Assembly: GCA_036630325.1 (NCBI GenBank)
Contig: CP142737.1
Coordinates: 62,001 to 126,000 of the forward strand
Source of the DNA: Vairimorpha necatrix
Taxonomy: Eukaryota
Direction of reading: 5' to 3'
DNA: 64,000 nt
The notes below the pieces were generated by a model. It was not told the origin of the DNA. It did not search any database and was given only the letters and a program-made list of their open reading frames with translations. The translations under genes and the position numbers were made by a program. Below, one piece after another: positions 43,539 to 56,626 of the stretch; position 1 is the first letter of the stretch, and each line of letters begins with the position of its first letter.

Positions 43539-45839
43539 ATAAAAAACTTCATTTTATTATTATATTATTATATTTGATAATATAAGACTCAATTTGTATG
43601 AGACTTGTCAATAAATATCTTTATGAACTATCAACTTATACAGAAGAGACTCGCGTGTACTTAAAATAATAATAAGGTAAAATCATACTTATGATGATTA
43701 TACACCTTCTATTGAATTTATAATCTCTCATGGTTCATTTTTAATCTTTTAGGTAGCTTACAACTTGGTATCTCGTTGAAAAAAAATATATCCATCATAT
43801 TTATATAAGTAGGTTGATTTTGAATATTTTTAATAAATCGTGTCAAGGTAGGTAAAATAAGGCTGAGAACTTTGCTAATTAATTATTAAATAGTATCTAA
43901 AAAATCTCGTGCAATTTTAACAGTACCTACATTTAGTAATTTAAAAATATCTAGCTATGTTATCATAAATCTTGTGTCTGTGTAACTTCTACAATCTCTT
44001 CAATTTATTAAAATTATTTTCAGTTTTCAAAGCATTATAAATCTTTTTTCATCGATAAAGACACTATAACCTGAAACACAAGAAAAATTTGTCTAGGTTA
44101 AATTTGAACAGTTAACAGGCGAAACATACAAAAATTAGACTCAATATTCGGTAAGTAGAAGAATATAGAACTATATTGAAATATTATATCAAATGTCTTT
44201 TTTATATGTAAATTTATAGCTATGTATATATTATATTGTCCAATTTATAATATTATCTGTGTATCGTACATTTCATTGTTGTTTTTAGTAGATTTTCATC
44301 GATATTCTAACATATTGCTAGTTTGAAACTTGATTCATTTTTGTTTTATTCTCAAACGACTCTATTTATGCCATAAATGCAAAATATTTTTTATTATTTT
44401 GCGCATTAAAAAAATTTAAAGAATATAAATACTAGATTAAAATTAATACAAATGTAAATTTTAAACTTCTAGTTATATATTAAGCAAAAAACATTTTCAT
44501 ACTTGCGACCAGAGGCTGCAAAAAAAATTAGTTTTTTTTAATATCTCTTGATTATTGCGTGTTGAACTTTAACAAACATATTAAATAGTTACGAATACGT
44601 GATTATATATCCAAAAAGCGATAATTAAAGCATTTTATGTGCTTTTTATAACGCGTATAAAACTTTATGAATAAAACATCATACCCAACTCATGGAACCT
44701 CAAGAAAAGCACTTAAAGATATCTTTTTGACCTTTGATAGGAGATTGAGGCAAGGCTTCAAGAGAGAGTGTCTCTAATTAGACATGTATTTTTTTTAATG
44801 ATTTTTTATGTAATATTTACAGAAGTAAAAATATTCATCTTAAATTAAGTACTTCTTATGAGTCTCATATGACGTATATATAACTGAAGTTTTTTTTATA
44901 AAATGTTTAAATCCTTATAAGATTAAGTATATGTTCAAATATCAAGATTAAATAATAAATTTAAGACTAGATATAGTATTCATTATGGTAAATATTCCAG
45001 GCACAAATTAATAATTTATTGAACTTAAGGACGGTTTTATAGATATTTTTGGATTTAAATGTTAATAATTCAAAGCAATTTATAAAATCGTAAATTTGTA
45101 TATGGTTTAGAACTGCTGCTTCGTCAATTGCCTTCCTTCTATCTAATCGCAGTATACTAGATTTCTAAATAATAAAATCACTTTCATTGTGCCTCGGTGT
45201 TAAAATTATAAAATAGTTTTTTACTCTTAGACAACACTTTAACATGATTTAAACCTCAAAATAGTCCACATTTTGTACTTTCAATATAACGAAAATAATT
45301 AATTTTTCTCAATATAATATGTATTTTTGACAAGGGTGTTTTTTTACTTTATTTTCTACATTAAAAGTCACTTTATAATAAAAGAGTGTCATTGTTTTTC
45401 ATAGACTTAAATTAAATCACCTATGTATGATTTATCATTGTAATTTATTAGTCAAAATGAGTCTTTTTTGTTTATAATGTTGTCCTTCCCACAAATAGTT
45501 AAAAAACATTAAAAGACTACGATCAAATTATTGATTAGACGTTACAAATGTCACAAATATCAATTTAACGTAAAATCTTATCATTTTTGATGAATTAAAA
45601 AAATATCAGATTTTTCAATCATGATATAAAATTACAAAAATATAATTTAATTACAAAATAGAATGCTTTTTCAATATTACTTTTTAGTGAAAAACTTAAA
45701 AACATAGGCTAGATATTTCAAAAAAAAATTAGTGGTAATCAATTATAAAATAAAAGACTCTTTTAATTGTTTGTATGCTTAATTCTTTATTGTTTGTTGT
45801 TTCATAATGGGAATAAAAAAATTTTATATCAAAACAAAA

Positions 45840-46292
45840 ATGTATTTCGCAATTTCTATTATAATTCTCTTCGCATTCATCGAGAAAATGTTTGATACTT
45901 CGATTCCCGAGACAACAATTAGTGAACTACTTGATAACATGAATCTTATTGGCGGTAAAGAATTAAGAATGACTGTCAAGGATAACAATCTCGAAGTAAC
46001 AGCGAAGTACGTAGACGAAACTGTGAGAAAATTGAAAAGTAAAACAAGTGTTAAGCCGACGATTAAATTAACAACAGCCGTTAAAGATTGGACTTATAAT
46101 TCTTTGGGAAATCCATGGTCCGTTATAATAACAGTCTGTAAAAAGTTAAAACGGCACATTGATTTAATATCTTTTATCTTGCCATCTATAATAGGCTTAT
46201 TGTTACAAATAATCGATAAAATGACAATTAAGAATGGGGAAAATTATAAAAAAGTTACTAATAGCAATTCTCATCTCAAAATAAGAAATTAA
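45840..46292 (+). CDS. Lineage-specific 150-aa membrane/secreted protein, paralog 1
   Basis: N-terminal hydrophobic segment plus a second near the C-terminus; co-linear with 47711-48163; alternative in-frame ATG at 45807. Confidence 0.8.
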   Translation: MYFAISIIILFAFIEKMFDTSIPETTISELLDNMNLIGGKELRMTVKDNNLEVTAKYVDETVRKLKSKTSVKPTIKLTTAVKDWTYNSLGNPWSVIITVCKKLKRHIDLISFILPSIIGLLLQIIDKMTIKNGENYKKVTNSNSHLKIRN

Positions 46293-47710
46293 ATATCTTT
46301 TTTTCCTCTTAATCTAGCACTGCAGTGTTATTTTATTTCGTATCCATTTTTATAAAAAATTGATTTGGACTTTTGTAGTGTTTTAATCGCACTTTAAACA
46401 TATATAATCAATACATCTCTTTTTTATATTTAAAAAACACAAAACACCATCGACTCAGATAACCTTGGCTATTTATATGTGTTATTTCAATCAATTTTAT
46501 ATTAGACCTCGTTTTTTAGTAAGAAGCTAAATAACATTATCTGTGAAAAGTGGAGCATTAAACCTCTATTTATAAATATACTTACCAAATCTACCTAAAA
46601 GGAATTTTTGTGCATTTTAAAATTGGGTGTCTTATAAGATAATGAAGCTTATTGTCGTAAATAAATAACTTTTTTATATAATACAATATAAGAATTTACG
46701 ATGTAAAAAATGACTTGTAGTTTCGTTCTTTTGTCAAAAAAATAAGTAATTTTGTAAAAAATAAGAGCATTAACGTTTTAAAAATTGAGAATTTTTTAGG
46801 TAGGTTGAAAACACACTGAAAGCCTTTGATACATTAGACATAGCATTGTAACGGACAATTCTAATCCAAATATAAATTAACGATCCGTTCATAAGTTTTT
46901 TTTATTTATATTTTACGCATTTTTCGGACATGACTTTTATGCTTCGGGACTAGAGGATAAAATTAATTTTTTTTATTTAATGGTGGTGAATTATACATCA
47001 GTCATAGTTATTTTTTTATGATATAAAACTTGAGTAACGATTTAAAAAATTCCATTTATATAATTCAGGAGTTACAATTTAAAACATCTAACACTAACTC
47101 TACTTTAAAGCTTCCCTCTATGTTTGTTTTCAAAGAAGGGTTATTTTTGCTTTAAGAAAAATATTATCATCTTTTTAATTAAAAATAAATATTTTATATT
47201 TTTTTGCACTAATATTCGATTATTAATTACATGAACAGCTTTAATAAATAAAAAAGGTTTGCTTGTACATTATTTAATTTCTTATTTATCATTGTAATAT
47301 ATTAGTCAAAATATTAAAAAACGGGGGTAATTTTGTTTTTTATGTGTTCCTCTCACATATGATATAAAAACATAATCAATATATTAAAAAATTGATTTAA
47401 CTTTATAAGTGTCAAAAATATCAGTTTAACATAAAATCTTATCATCTTTGATAAATTGAAAAAATATCAGGTTTTTTATCATGATATAAAATTACAAAAA
47501 TGCAATTTTACAATAAAATGAATACTCTGACATATTTATTCTATGTTCAAATACTTAAAACAAAAGCTAAAAAAGATCGAAAAAAAATTAGTTATAATCA
47601 ATAAATCAACCATATAACTAAAAACCCCCTTTGTATTGTTTGTATGCTTTTCTCTTTGTTGTTTGTTGTTTCATAATGGATATAAAAACAAAATATAGAT
47701 CAAAACAAAA

Positions 47711-48163
47711 ATGTATTTCGCAATTTCCTCAATAATTTTCTTCGCATTCATCGAGAAGATGTTTGATAATCCGACCACTGAGACAACAAGTAGTAAACTA
47801 CTTGATAACATGAATCTTATTGGCGTTAAAGAATTAAGAATTTATGTCAAGGATAACAACCTTGAAGTGACAGTAATTTACGCAGACAACACCGTGGAAA
47901 AATTAAAAAGTAAAACAAGTGACAAATCTACCATAAAGATACTAACAGCAGTTAAAGATTGGACTTATAATTTTATTGGAATTCCATGGTCCGTTATAAT
48001 ATCAGTCTATAAAAAGTTAGAACGGCACATTGATAATTTGTCTCTTATTTTGCCATATTTAGTTGGGTTATTTTTAAAACTAATTGATAAGATGACATTC
48101 ATTAATCAAATATATCCCATTAGGATCTTTGATAATAATTCTCATCTCAAAATAAGAAATTAA
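47711..48163 (+). CDS. Lineage-specific 150-aa membrane/secreted protein, paralog 2
   Basis: Ungapped paralog of 45840-46292 (LLDNMNLIG, VKDNNLEVT, TAVKDWTYN, SHLKIRN). Confidence 0.8.
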   Translation: MYFAISSIIFFAFIEKMFDNPTTETTSSKLLDNMNLIGVKELRIYVKDNNLEVTVIYADNTVEKLKSKTSDKSTIKILTAVKDWTYNFIGIPWSVIISVYKKLERHIDNLSLILPYLVGLFLKLIDKMTFINQIYPIRIFDNNSHLKIRN

Positions 48164-49635
48164 ATATCTTATTTTCTATTTGTCTGTTTTATTGGGCTTT
48201 TAAAGTATTTTTATTATCCAGTATTAATTTATATAAAATTTTTATTTTGGATTTTTGCAGTGTTTTAATTGCACTTTAAACATACATCAATAGAACATCT
48301 TGCGTCATCGCATTCCAATTTTACCCAAATCAAAAGTTTTATGTAAGTGTCTAGCTTTTTATAGACACCAAAACCAAAGAAGCCTGAGTTATTATAAAAA
48401 CTTTAGAATTTGCTAATAGATTATCTATTTTTAGTCAAAATAATAAAGAAAATTTAATTTAAATTATGGATTTTTAAGTGTAATATTTAACATTGCGCAG
48501 AGAAATGTTTTGCTATATTAATAATCTTAAAAGTGTTTAAAGAGTTAATTTAGAATATCTAGATAGTAAAATAATTATCTGAGAAATAAAAATATTTGAA
48601 AGACAAAGTATTAGGAAAAAAATATAAATTAGTCACTTTTAATAAAACAATGATGAATACAAAGACCAGAAGAAAATTACAATTTTGCTGCTTAAAATCG
48701 AAGTTAAATTGTCAAATGTGTAAAAATTTTAGTAACTGTGGGTCTTTGCGATAAATAGCATATTGTGACACAAGTATTTTACCTTAAATATCATAAGAAA
48801 GACATTAAAATATTATACATGTTATATAAATATCGATTTAAAACACTAAACATTTCGTTTACATTAACAGAAGCTTGAACGGGCACTGGTCACATATCAG
48901 GTAAGCAATCAAAATGTCGTAAACCTCAGTATCTGTATTATTTACCAATTTTTAGAACCAAATGTTGATTTTGAGGCGGCGAAAAGGACTACATCAACTT
49001 TTTAAATATTTCATATGTTTTTTATCATGCGCAGAATTGTTCGAAAATATCGAATTTTACAATTAGAATGAAATTTTAAGATGAGCAGAAACGGAGAACA
49101 AAACAACAATGCAGGTTATCAAAATGAATTGTTACCCAATATAAAAGCAAACGTACCTGTAGGTTGAAAATAAAAAGATTACAAAAGACACCTTTTGAAA
49201 CAAAGTAATCAATATTTTTACAAAAAAATAAGATTTCCTTCATAAATATCACAATTTCGTATTAAACACTTAAATGTAATATTAATCGTATATTTTACAT
49301 ATAGTAAAGTAAAAATCTGCCGACTTTGTTGCATGATTTGTATTATTGTAATAATTTGTGCCTTTTATGTAAATTTAAAGATAGTTATTTTAGTAATATG
49401 ATTAAAAACGGGTGATTCGAGATTATTGTGCACTGTATAATTTTCCATAAAATCGAAAGACTGAATACCAGAATTATTGTCAATCATTTTTTACACAACT
49501 GCAAGATGTTTATATATTATTGGTTTAAACATCTGTTGTCAAATGGATTTATATAATTGTTACAATGGAATGTCAATTTACATCTTTTATCAATATTTTC
49601 GGTATTCTAAATTAAACCTGTATATTTATTTAAAC

Positions 49636-49870
49636 AGCATTGATGTTAATGTTATCGGCCCATCGACCAGTACCGAAGCTTGCATCCAAATGAGAGTTAT
49701 AAATAAGACACAAGAAAGCAACTTTCTTAAAAACCGGAGGGACTCGTAGAAAAAGGATCTGGAGCCAGGAACATGGTCGAGGTGACCAAGGAGGTGTGAC
49801 CAGATAGAGTGCGCGGCAGTGGAGGTTAACTGAAGAAAACAAACAAAACAATAACTTAAAAAAAAATTTA
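49636..49870 (+). mobile_element. Short 3'-terminal fragment of an RLE non-LTR retrotransposon
   Basis: Co-linear with 3511-3745 (TACCGAAGCTT..ATCCAAATGAGA..GGACTCG..ATCTGGA..GTGGAGGT..TGAAGAAAA); A-rich end. Confidence 0.75.
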
Positions 49871-50528
49871 TCATATTGATTTAATAATAATATGTTTGGG
49901 GGTTAACTGATTTTTTGATCTAGTTGCCTGCAGAAATTTAACAAAAGCAATTCTACACAATTTAAAAATGCATGTTGCCAATGAAATACTACTTATTCAA
50001 GAATATTATACAGAGTATTTTTATTGATGATATTCTTAAATCTTTACCAGATTGACACTTATATATACACTTCTCGAAAAAGACTTCTTTTATTCTTAAA
50101 AAACTGAAGTGAGGAAAAAAATACGTAATTACACAAATTTCATAATTAAACATTCGAAAATATGAATAATAAATCTAGAGCCTCTTCTATAACACAAGAA
50201 TATAAAAAAACAACTGATAAATTTTGATGTAAAGATTGTTCATATATTGCGAAAGTTGTACGTATTATAACGTATAATTGATCATGTAATTAAAAACATA
50301 TTTTTATTGTCCATTTATTAGTTCATATTGTATGAAATGTTAACCCTCTTCTATTATTTTTACGCGACACTTTTTTTCATAAATTAATTAAATTATATTT
50401 AGATTAAATAACTGTTAAGTTTTAATAATTAATTATTAACAGAATTACAAATATATAACGTAAAGTTCAAAATCGTTGTTTTGAATACGTAAACATAGGA
50501 CGCCATTTGAATATTATGCACCCTTTTT

Positions 50529-51473
50529 ATGTTTCATTCCATTTGTGTATTATTTTGTTCTCTTTTTATTAATAAAACAAGTGAAACGGGTTCAAGTTCA
50601 ATAAAAGAATTAATACAAAATAAAAGACCAAATTTAATATTTTGTCGATCTAAAGAAGATTTACATCTTCCATTAAAGAAAAGAAAAACAAATATAATCG
50701 AAATAAAACAACATACATCCATCATAAATACAGTAAAACCATATATTAGAAAGACAGAAAACATTCTTTCGACCATTAAATGTTTTAGAGAAGTATCTAA
50801 TGAACAGAGCGACGGCAGAGAACAGAATACTTGTACAGACTATAATAAAGTCACAGAACAAAGGATACCTGAAGATAAAAGTGCCGATTATAAATTGTTA
50901 TTGGAAAAACTAAATCAGAAAATTCTTTCTTGGAACTTGGAAGATAATAAATTCGAAATTAAAAAAATTATTCTTAATGGTCAATTTACAGCTGAACATA
51001 AAAGATTTAAAAAGGCCAAAATGGGAATTTATAAAAAGTTTAATCCTTTTTTCTCTGCCATATATTTACATTTCTACACACTCAAGGAAGCAGTTCAAAA
51101 CTCTGCTAATTATGGAAATTCACACGCTTTGTTAAATGATCAATTGATATTTTTCGAGAAAAGCTTTGAATATTTAAAGAATTTATTGCAGAGAAGACTT
51201 AGTTATAAGTACGACGTTTGTAAACTTATAAACTTATACAGCAATCTACCTGTTAGAATGAAGATTTTTAGAGATGAGTTCGAAATAGTAAAAAATTTTA
51301 AAGATTTTATACTTGTTTTAGAAGTACAGAATATGAATAATATTAAAATAAAAGAAGGATTAAGCGAATTATTAAAAAGATTAAAACGATTATTTTACAA
51401 TTTAAACAAAATGAACGAAAAAAACAACGCTATAATAGAAAGTTTAGAAAAACTCATTAATAAACAAATTTAA
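50529..51473 (+). CDS. Putative secreted effector, Cys10-leader family, with LPLKKRK motif, 314 aa
   Basis: CACCCTTTTTATG start; leader MFHSICVLFC-S; LPLKKRK at 50667-50687; helical domain homologous to 55645-56583. Confidence 0.85.
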   Translation: MFHSICVLFCSLFINKTSETGSSSIKELIQNKRPNLIFCRSKEDLHLPLKKRKTNIIEIKQHTSIINTVKPYIRKTENILSTIKCFREVSNEQSDGREQNTCTDYNKVTEQRIPEDKSADYKLLLEKLNQKILSWNLEDNKFEIKKIILNGQFTAEHKRFKKAKMGIYKKFNPFFSAIYLHFYTLKEAVQNSANYGNSHALLNDQLIFFEKSFEYLKNLLQRRLSYKYDVCKLINLYSNLPVRMKIFRDEFEIVKNFKDFILVLEVQNMNNIKIKEGLSELLKRLKRLFYNLNKMNEKNNAIIESLEKLINKQI

Positions 51474-52442
51474 AATATCTATCTGAACTGTAAAATAAAC
51501 GTTTAGTTTTTAAATTTGCATATGACGTTTCCAAAACAAGTGAGTATTAAGTTTATTTTATATTTTACAGCTAAGTGTAATTGATTTAGATTGTTTGAAT
51601 GTTTTAAGAGTTAAAAAATTGGAATTGGCTTTTAATATAATTAACAGAATCAATTGTTTTACTATGAAATTACATTGCATGCGTAAATTACTTTTAAGAT
51701 CGTATCAATATATTTCAGCTATCATATAAATTTATGGCTAAAAACAGCATTAGTGTAAAAAATGGGGGAGGGGTATAATTTTAAAAAATTTCCCCTATTT
51801 TTAAAAAAGGAAGGGAAGAGAAAACTTCAGAAAAAAAATAAAATTTAATTAAGATATTTAATGTAATTAAATAAACATTAAAATAAGTAAAATATATCAA
51901 AAACATAATTTTAATAATGCTTCAAAGGCATCTTGACTCTTATTTCTTTAAATTATATACAAAGTTTAAAAGATTTCAGAAAGTTCATATGTTCTACACC
52001 TATTGGGTATAGAGGGGTTTAAAGACCTCCAGTTCCCTTCGATGGGTTTATATGGACACCTGTTTCATTATTTCTAAATGTTTGACTGTGATTTACAGCT
52101 CTATGGTCCGCATAATGGCTTTTTAAAGTTTATATATGCATTGTACATATCAGAATGGATGATGGGCTTGAAATTTACATGCTTATATAATATTGAAAGA
52201 ATCTATACTTTTTTCTTTTATTTATTATTACAAAGATTTTCTTTTTTTTACTGTTCTTTCTACCATCCCGAAACACCAACCCCCTTAACCAATCTCCCCC
52301 CCCCCCGCGGTATTTATTTTACCTATTTTGCTTTCATCGATCTTTACTATAATATTTTCGTCTCCTATTTGTTTTGTCTTATTTAAATATTTCTCATAAA
52401 TTTTTAATTTTAATAATTTCTCAAGTGTATAAGTTAATTTTG

Positions 52443-53540
52443 GGTTCTTCTTTGATATGCGATCGGACACCAAGACCCCCCCCCTTGTAAAGGAAAAAAA
52501 TATGAAAAAAACGTTAAAAAATACTATAAATTTATTTAATTATGTAAATTATATAATAAATCAACATTACAGTCGTAAAACTCTTCTAAATTGTCCCCCC
52601 TACAAAAACTTTTCCTAAATATAAATTCATTGAGCCATGAATCAATTTCATTACGCTTAACTCCATGTTCTTTGGTCATTTCAGATTTTAGCTGCGACCA
52701 TACATTCTCAATGTTATTGGTATGAGTACCATCTGCAGATTTAAACCCGATAGAATGGTTTACTACCTTATGTTCAAGACAAAGATTTCGTGCTACACTT
52801 GGATAACTCGGATGACCATCACTATGTAAAATCGAACCAACGCCTATTTTACCTTCTGGAGCAACTGTTAAACACTCGACTTTCCTATTATCCAACACTG
52901 TAATGTAAAAGTTCGTAGGATTAGATGCTTCTACTATACCTAGTATCCAAACAGTATCAAGGATTTTATCATCACAACTTGTTGGATTTCTTATTTTACC
53001 TCTTCTACAAATTACAGACTTATCAACTTAAAAAATTTTTCCTGGTCCACCAATAATAAGCCTCTTAGAAATTTTGTTTTTAAAAATTTCTCTAATTCTT
53101 TTTTGCATCGGAAACTGTCGATGAAGAAACTCCTAGTTTTGCCTCTAAAGTAAAGTAACTACTCCTACACAAAATTAAAAATATTAATTCACAAAAATTA
53201 TATAAAGGTAACTTGCTTTTTTTGTGAACTGATATTTTAGCACTGTATTTATAATTAGAACACCCGTATACCACTCTTTTAACCTCTCTCTCCTTATATA
53301 ATACAACATTTGAAATCTCATTGCATTTAAAGCACGTCTTTTGCTCTTTCAAGACTTCTAACTCAAGTAATGAGTTTAAACAGTCGTCAATACCATAGAA
53401 AAGCCTTTGCATTGCCTTTATTTTGATTTTCGTGCTTTTCTTTGGTATGCGATCAGAAATTTTAATGTCACTATTTTCCATTTTTAGGGGGTCGGAATTT
53501 TTTTTTAAAAAAAAATTCTGATCGCATACCAAAGAAGACA
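52443..53540 (-). mobile_element. Merlin/IS1595-like transposon (family C) nested in family B
   Basis: Imperfect ~24-bp TIR TCTTCTTTG[AG]TATGCGATC[GA]GA; flanks TAATTTTG/AAAATTTG (6/8 match). Confidence 0.88.
52536..53481 (-). pseudogene. Merlin DDE transposase with frameshift and premature stop
   Basis: CFKC..C zinc ribbon, IGGPGK..VDKS, WILGIVE, LHSDG..SY, HKVVNHS, THTNNIENVW; ATG at 53481 after CCCC. Confidence 0.9.
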
Positions 53541-55644
53541 AAAATTTGAATATAGCAATCTAATCTTTTAAAAATATGCGCTATTTTAAGTCCCATTATA
53601 CACAGATTAACAATTTTCAACATAAGAAGATGATTTATCATACTTTTGAAAATAAAGTATCATTCCAAATTGAAAACCTGTGCCTGCATTTTGGAAACTT
53701 GCATCTCAAATAAGCTGTTTCTTTAGATACTTTAGTCGTATTTCAACCACAGATAGAACAATTATGCTTATATTTCTTGTTTAGCAGACGTTCCTAAAAA
53801 ATTTCAATTTCTTCCTTACTCAGCATTCCCTTCCTTTTTTAAAAAAGGCAATATTTTTGAAAATTTTGACCCCCATTTTTTACACTAATGCTGTTTTTAG
53901 CCAAATTTTATATTTTTTTCAATTTTAAATTTATAAATAATACATACAAGTTCATTTTGATAAAAACTTGTAATATATTATTATGATTAAAAACATATTA
54001 ATTAAAATATAAAAACACATATACGAGTTAAAACGTCATTCATAAAAATCATTTTGATTAAATTTTGACTCATTGTATAAGTCATATCAAAAAAAAGTAT
54101 TTTCAATTGGTTTTAGATTGAACAAAAGATAATATACTAATTATAAATAAAATTCATAATTAATTCTTTTTAAAGGTATAAACCCCTCAAATTATTTTTT
54201 TAAATTTAATTAAAAAACAAAAAAAACTAAGTTTTTAAATGTAAATGGAGAAATAAATATACCTTGAATATTTTTTTAATGAAATTTTAGAAAATGAAAA
54301 TTGTTTATTTGAGAAAAATCCATGTTTGTAAATTTTCTATACAAAACTATGGATATATATATATTTATAAAAAAAAACCTATATATGCAGGAGAAAAAAA
54401 AAGCAACATTAAATTTCTAGAAGCAAAACATAATTCAAACAAAAACGATGCAACCATAGTAATGCTTGATTTAATTATAATATAAATAGGAGCAATAATA
54501 TTGTTTAAATATATAGTTATTTAAACATTTTTGAGAAAATAATAAAAATTTGTAGTTTTTAGCCCACATTTTATATTTATCAGTTTAAAATCAACTTCAT
54601 AAGCTTCTTTTAATGTTTTAATTCTCATATTTCGTGAAAAGATTATTATGGTCTAAAATATACAAACAACTTTAAATTTATTCTAAAATGTATTGCAACT
54701 TATTTTAACAGTTGATTATTAACTTTTATTATTTATAGATTTATTGCTTCTTTCCACTGTAAATAAAAACACATGTAAATTAAATTAATTAGCAACTTAC
54801 ACGTCATCTTTCTAAAATCAAAGAACAAAATTTAATTAAAGATTTGACGCCGTTAAGACCTCTTATTGCGTAAACAAAACATCAATAGAATTATTATCTT
54901 TATAAGGTACTGTATGTTCTATACATCTACAACTGTAATTTTGCAGGCTGATTTTATATAATTATTGTCCTAAGTTTGTAGAATGTTTTATCTAGAATTT
55001 ATAGCGATAAGATTTTGCACAATAATTTTAAATGATATGATTATTAATGCATGCTAGAAAACTCAGAATATAAAGTTGTATTAACATTTCTTTTATTCGT
55101 AGTTAAATAATTTTCACAAAAACGACAGTAATATTATTTTAGTTTAAGAAATCAAATTCCGTTGTTATGGTCTTAAGATTGTTCAATATATATAAAACAA
55201 GCGATATAGAATAAAATTGATATTTTTATAATTATTATCTCATTTAAACTCTTTTTTCTCTTTCAAAAAAAACAAATAATTAGGTTATAACTCTTTTATA
55301 AAAAGCAGATTTAATTACATAATGTAAGATTTATATGCTTTGGTGAGTTTTCAGTACAAAAAGAGAATTGAATACAATTTCCTTTCCGATTAAATCTAAT
55401 TATGTTAGTTTAGTAAGCTTATAATTGATTAAATCATATTTTGGAATTGGTTAATTTACATAATTTATTTTTATAAAAAACCGGACCAACAGAAGTTTTT
55501 TTTTATGATTAATGTTAGTATATACTAATATAATTTAAGTTCGTTATATGACATGCCTAAAACTATCAATAGTTAATAAATTCGAGATCATAAAATAAAC
55601 TGATTCATGTTTTTTTAAAATGTCGCAAATTCCATACCCACATT

Positions 55645-56583
55645 ATGTTTTCATTTATTTTTTTAATTGTATGTTCAAAAATTAAAAATACAAAAAATGA
55701 ATCAACTTCATTGCAAACGACATTTTCAGCACAAAAAAATAAAAGGGAAACAACCATCAACACAGATGAAAAAAATCTTCCAATAAAAAAGAGGAAAGGA
55801 TTAATAAATTTATCGGGCTTTTTTGATGACTCAGCAACATTACAAATATCTCATAAAAGTTCAAGTTTTATTCTTTCACACGATGGTGCCAACCAAAAAG
55901 TTAAGCGTGTATGTGTGCACCCAATAATACGGCCAGATAAACCAAATAAAAACAATCAAATAATTCAAACTATGGATATTGATTGTAACTTGGCTATAGA
56001 AAAATTAAAAAATAAAATTGAGCAATGGAAATCGGAATTTAACCAATTTGAAGAATATGATTTGATAATAAGTTGTAGTAACACCACGGAAGAACTTATA
56101 ATGTTCAATGATGCAAGAAAATTAGTAATTAATGTTTTCTACAATTTCAGAATTAGTTTAGACACTCTTATTAATAAAATCAAAGAACGTTTACAAAAAA
56201 TTCCCGATTATGAAAGATTTAATATTTTTTTACTTAAACAAGTAGCTTTTTACGAACATTGCTTTGATTGCATAGGCGGAATGACTCCGCATAATATGCA
56301 ATATAAACACTCAAGTCAAAAATTAATAGTAATATATAGTAATATACCTCTCAAACTAAAAATTTTTCATGACAATTTTAAAATAGTTGAAAATTTTGCA
56401 ACATTTAAACATAATATGGAAAAAACATGTGTTAAATATTTGTCTGCAGACGATAGAAATGCTTTAGAAATAATCGATGAAAAATTAAAAATCTTTTTTA
56501 GGAAATTGGGACAAATAGAAAGGCATTGCTCGATTATAGTGTCAAGTCTCACAATACTTAGATTAAAGTTCGGCAATTATTAG
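55645..56583 (+). CDS. Putative secreted effector, Cys10-leader family, with LPIKKRK motif, 312 aa
   Basis: ACCCACATTATG start; leader MFSFIFLIVC-S; LPIKKRK at 55777-55797; shares EKL..KI..W, YK..KLI..YSN.P..KIF with 50529-51473. Confidence 0.85.
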   Translation: MFSFIFLIVCSKIKNTKNESTSLQTTFSAQKNKRETTINTDEKNLPIKKRKGLINLSGFFDDSATLQISHKSSSFILSHDGANQKVKRVCVHPIIRPDKPNKNNQIIQTMDIDCNLAIEKLKNKIEQWKSEFNQFEEYDLIISCSNTTEELIMFNDARKLVINVFYNFRISLDTLINKIKERLQKIPDYERFNIFLLKQVAFYEHCFDCIGGMTPHNMQYKHSSQKLIVIYSNIPLKLKIFHDNFKIVENFATFKHNMEKTCVKYLSADDRNALEIIDEKLKIFFRKLGQIERHCSIIVSSLTILRLKFGNY

Positions 56584-56626
56584 ATTCGATAATTTTAATA
56601 AAATTTTTATTGAAAAAGTTACTAAA

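Larger units (their letters stand above)
51736..53902 (-). mobile_element. Merlin/IS1595-like transposon (family B), degraded, interrupted by a nested element
   Basis: Perfect 33-bp TIR GGCTAAAAACAGCATTAGTGTAAAAAATGGGGG; near-TSD AAATTTAT/AAATTTTAT. Remnants LRCKFPKCRHRFSI lie right of the insert; IVKIDESKIGK..WCFGMVER..ETGVH lie left of it. Confidence 0.9.

Noticed and set aside
44670..44790. Possible RLE 3'-end remnant
   Set aside because: Only a short, low-identity resemblance to 61530-61590.
48640..48960. Possible Merlin relic (WVFA..GHWSH)
   Set aside because: Too degraded; no termini identified.
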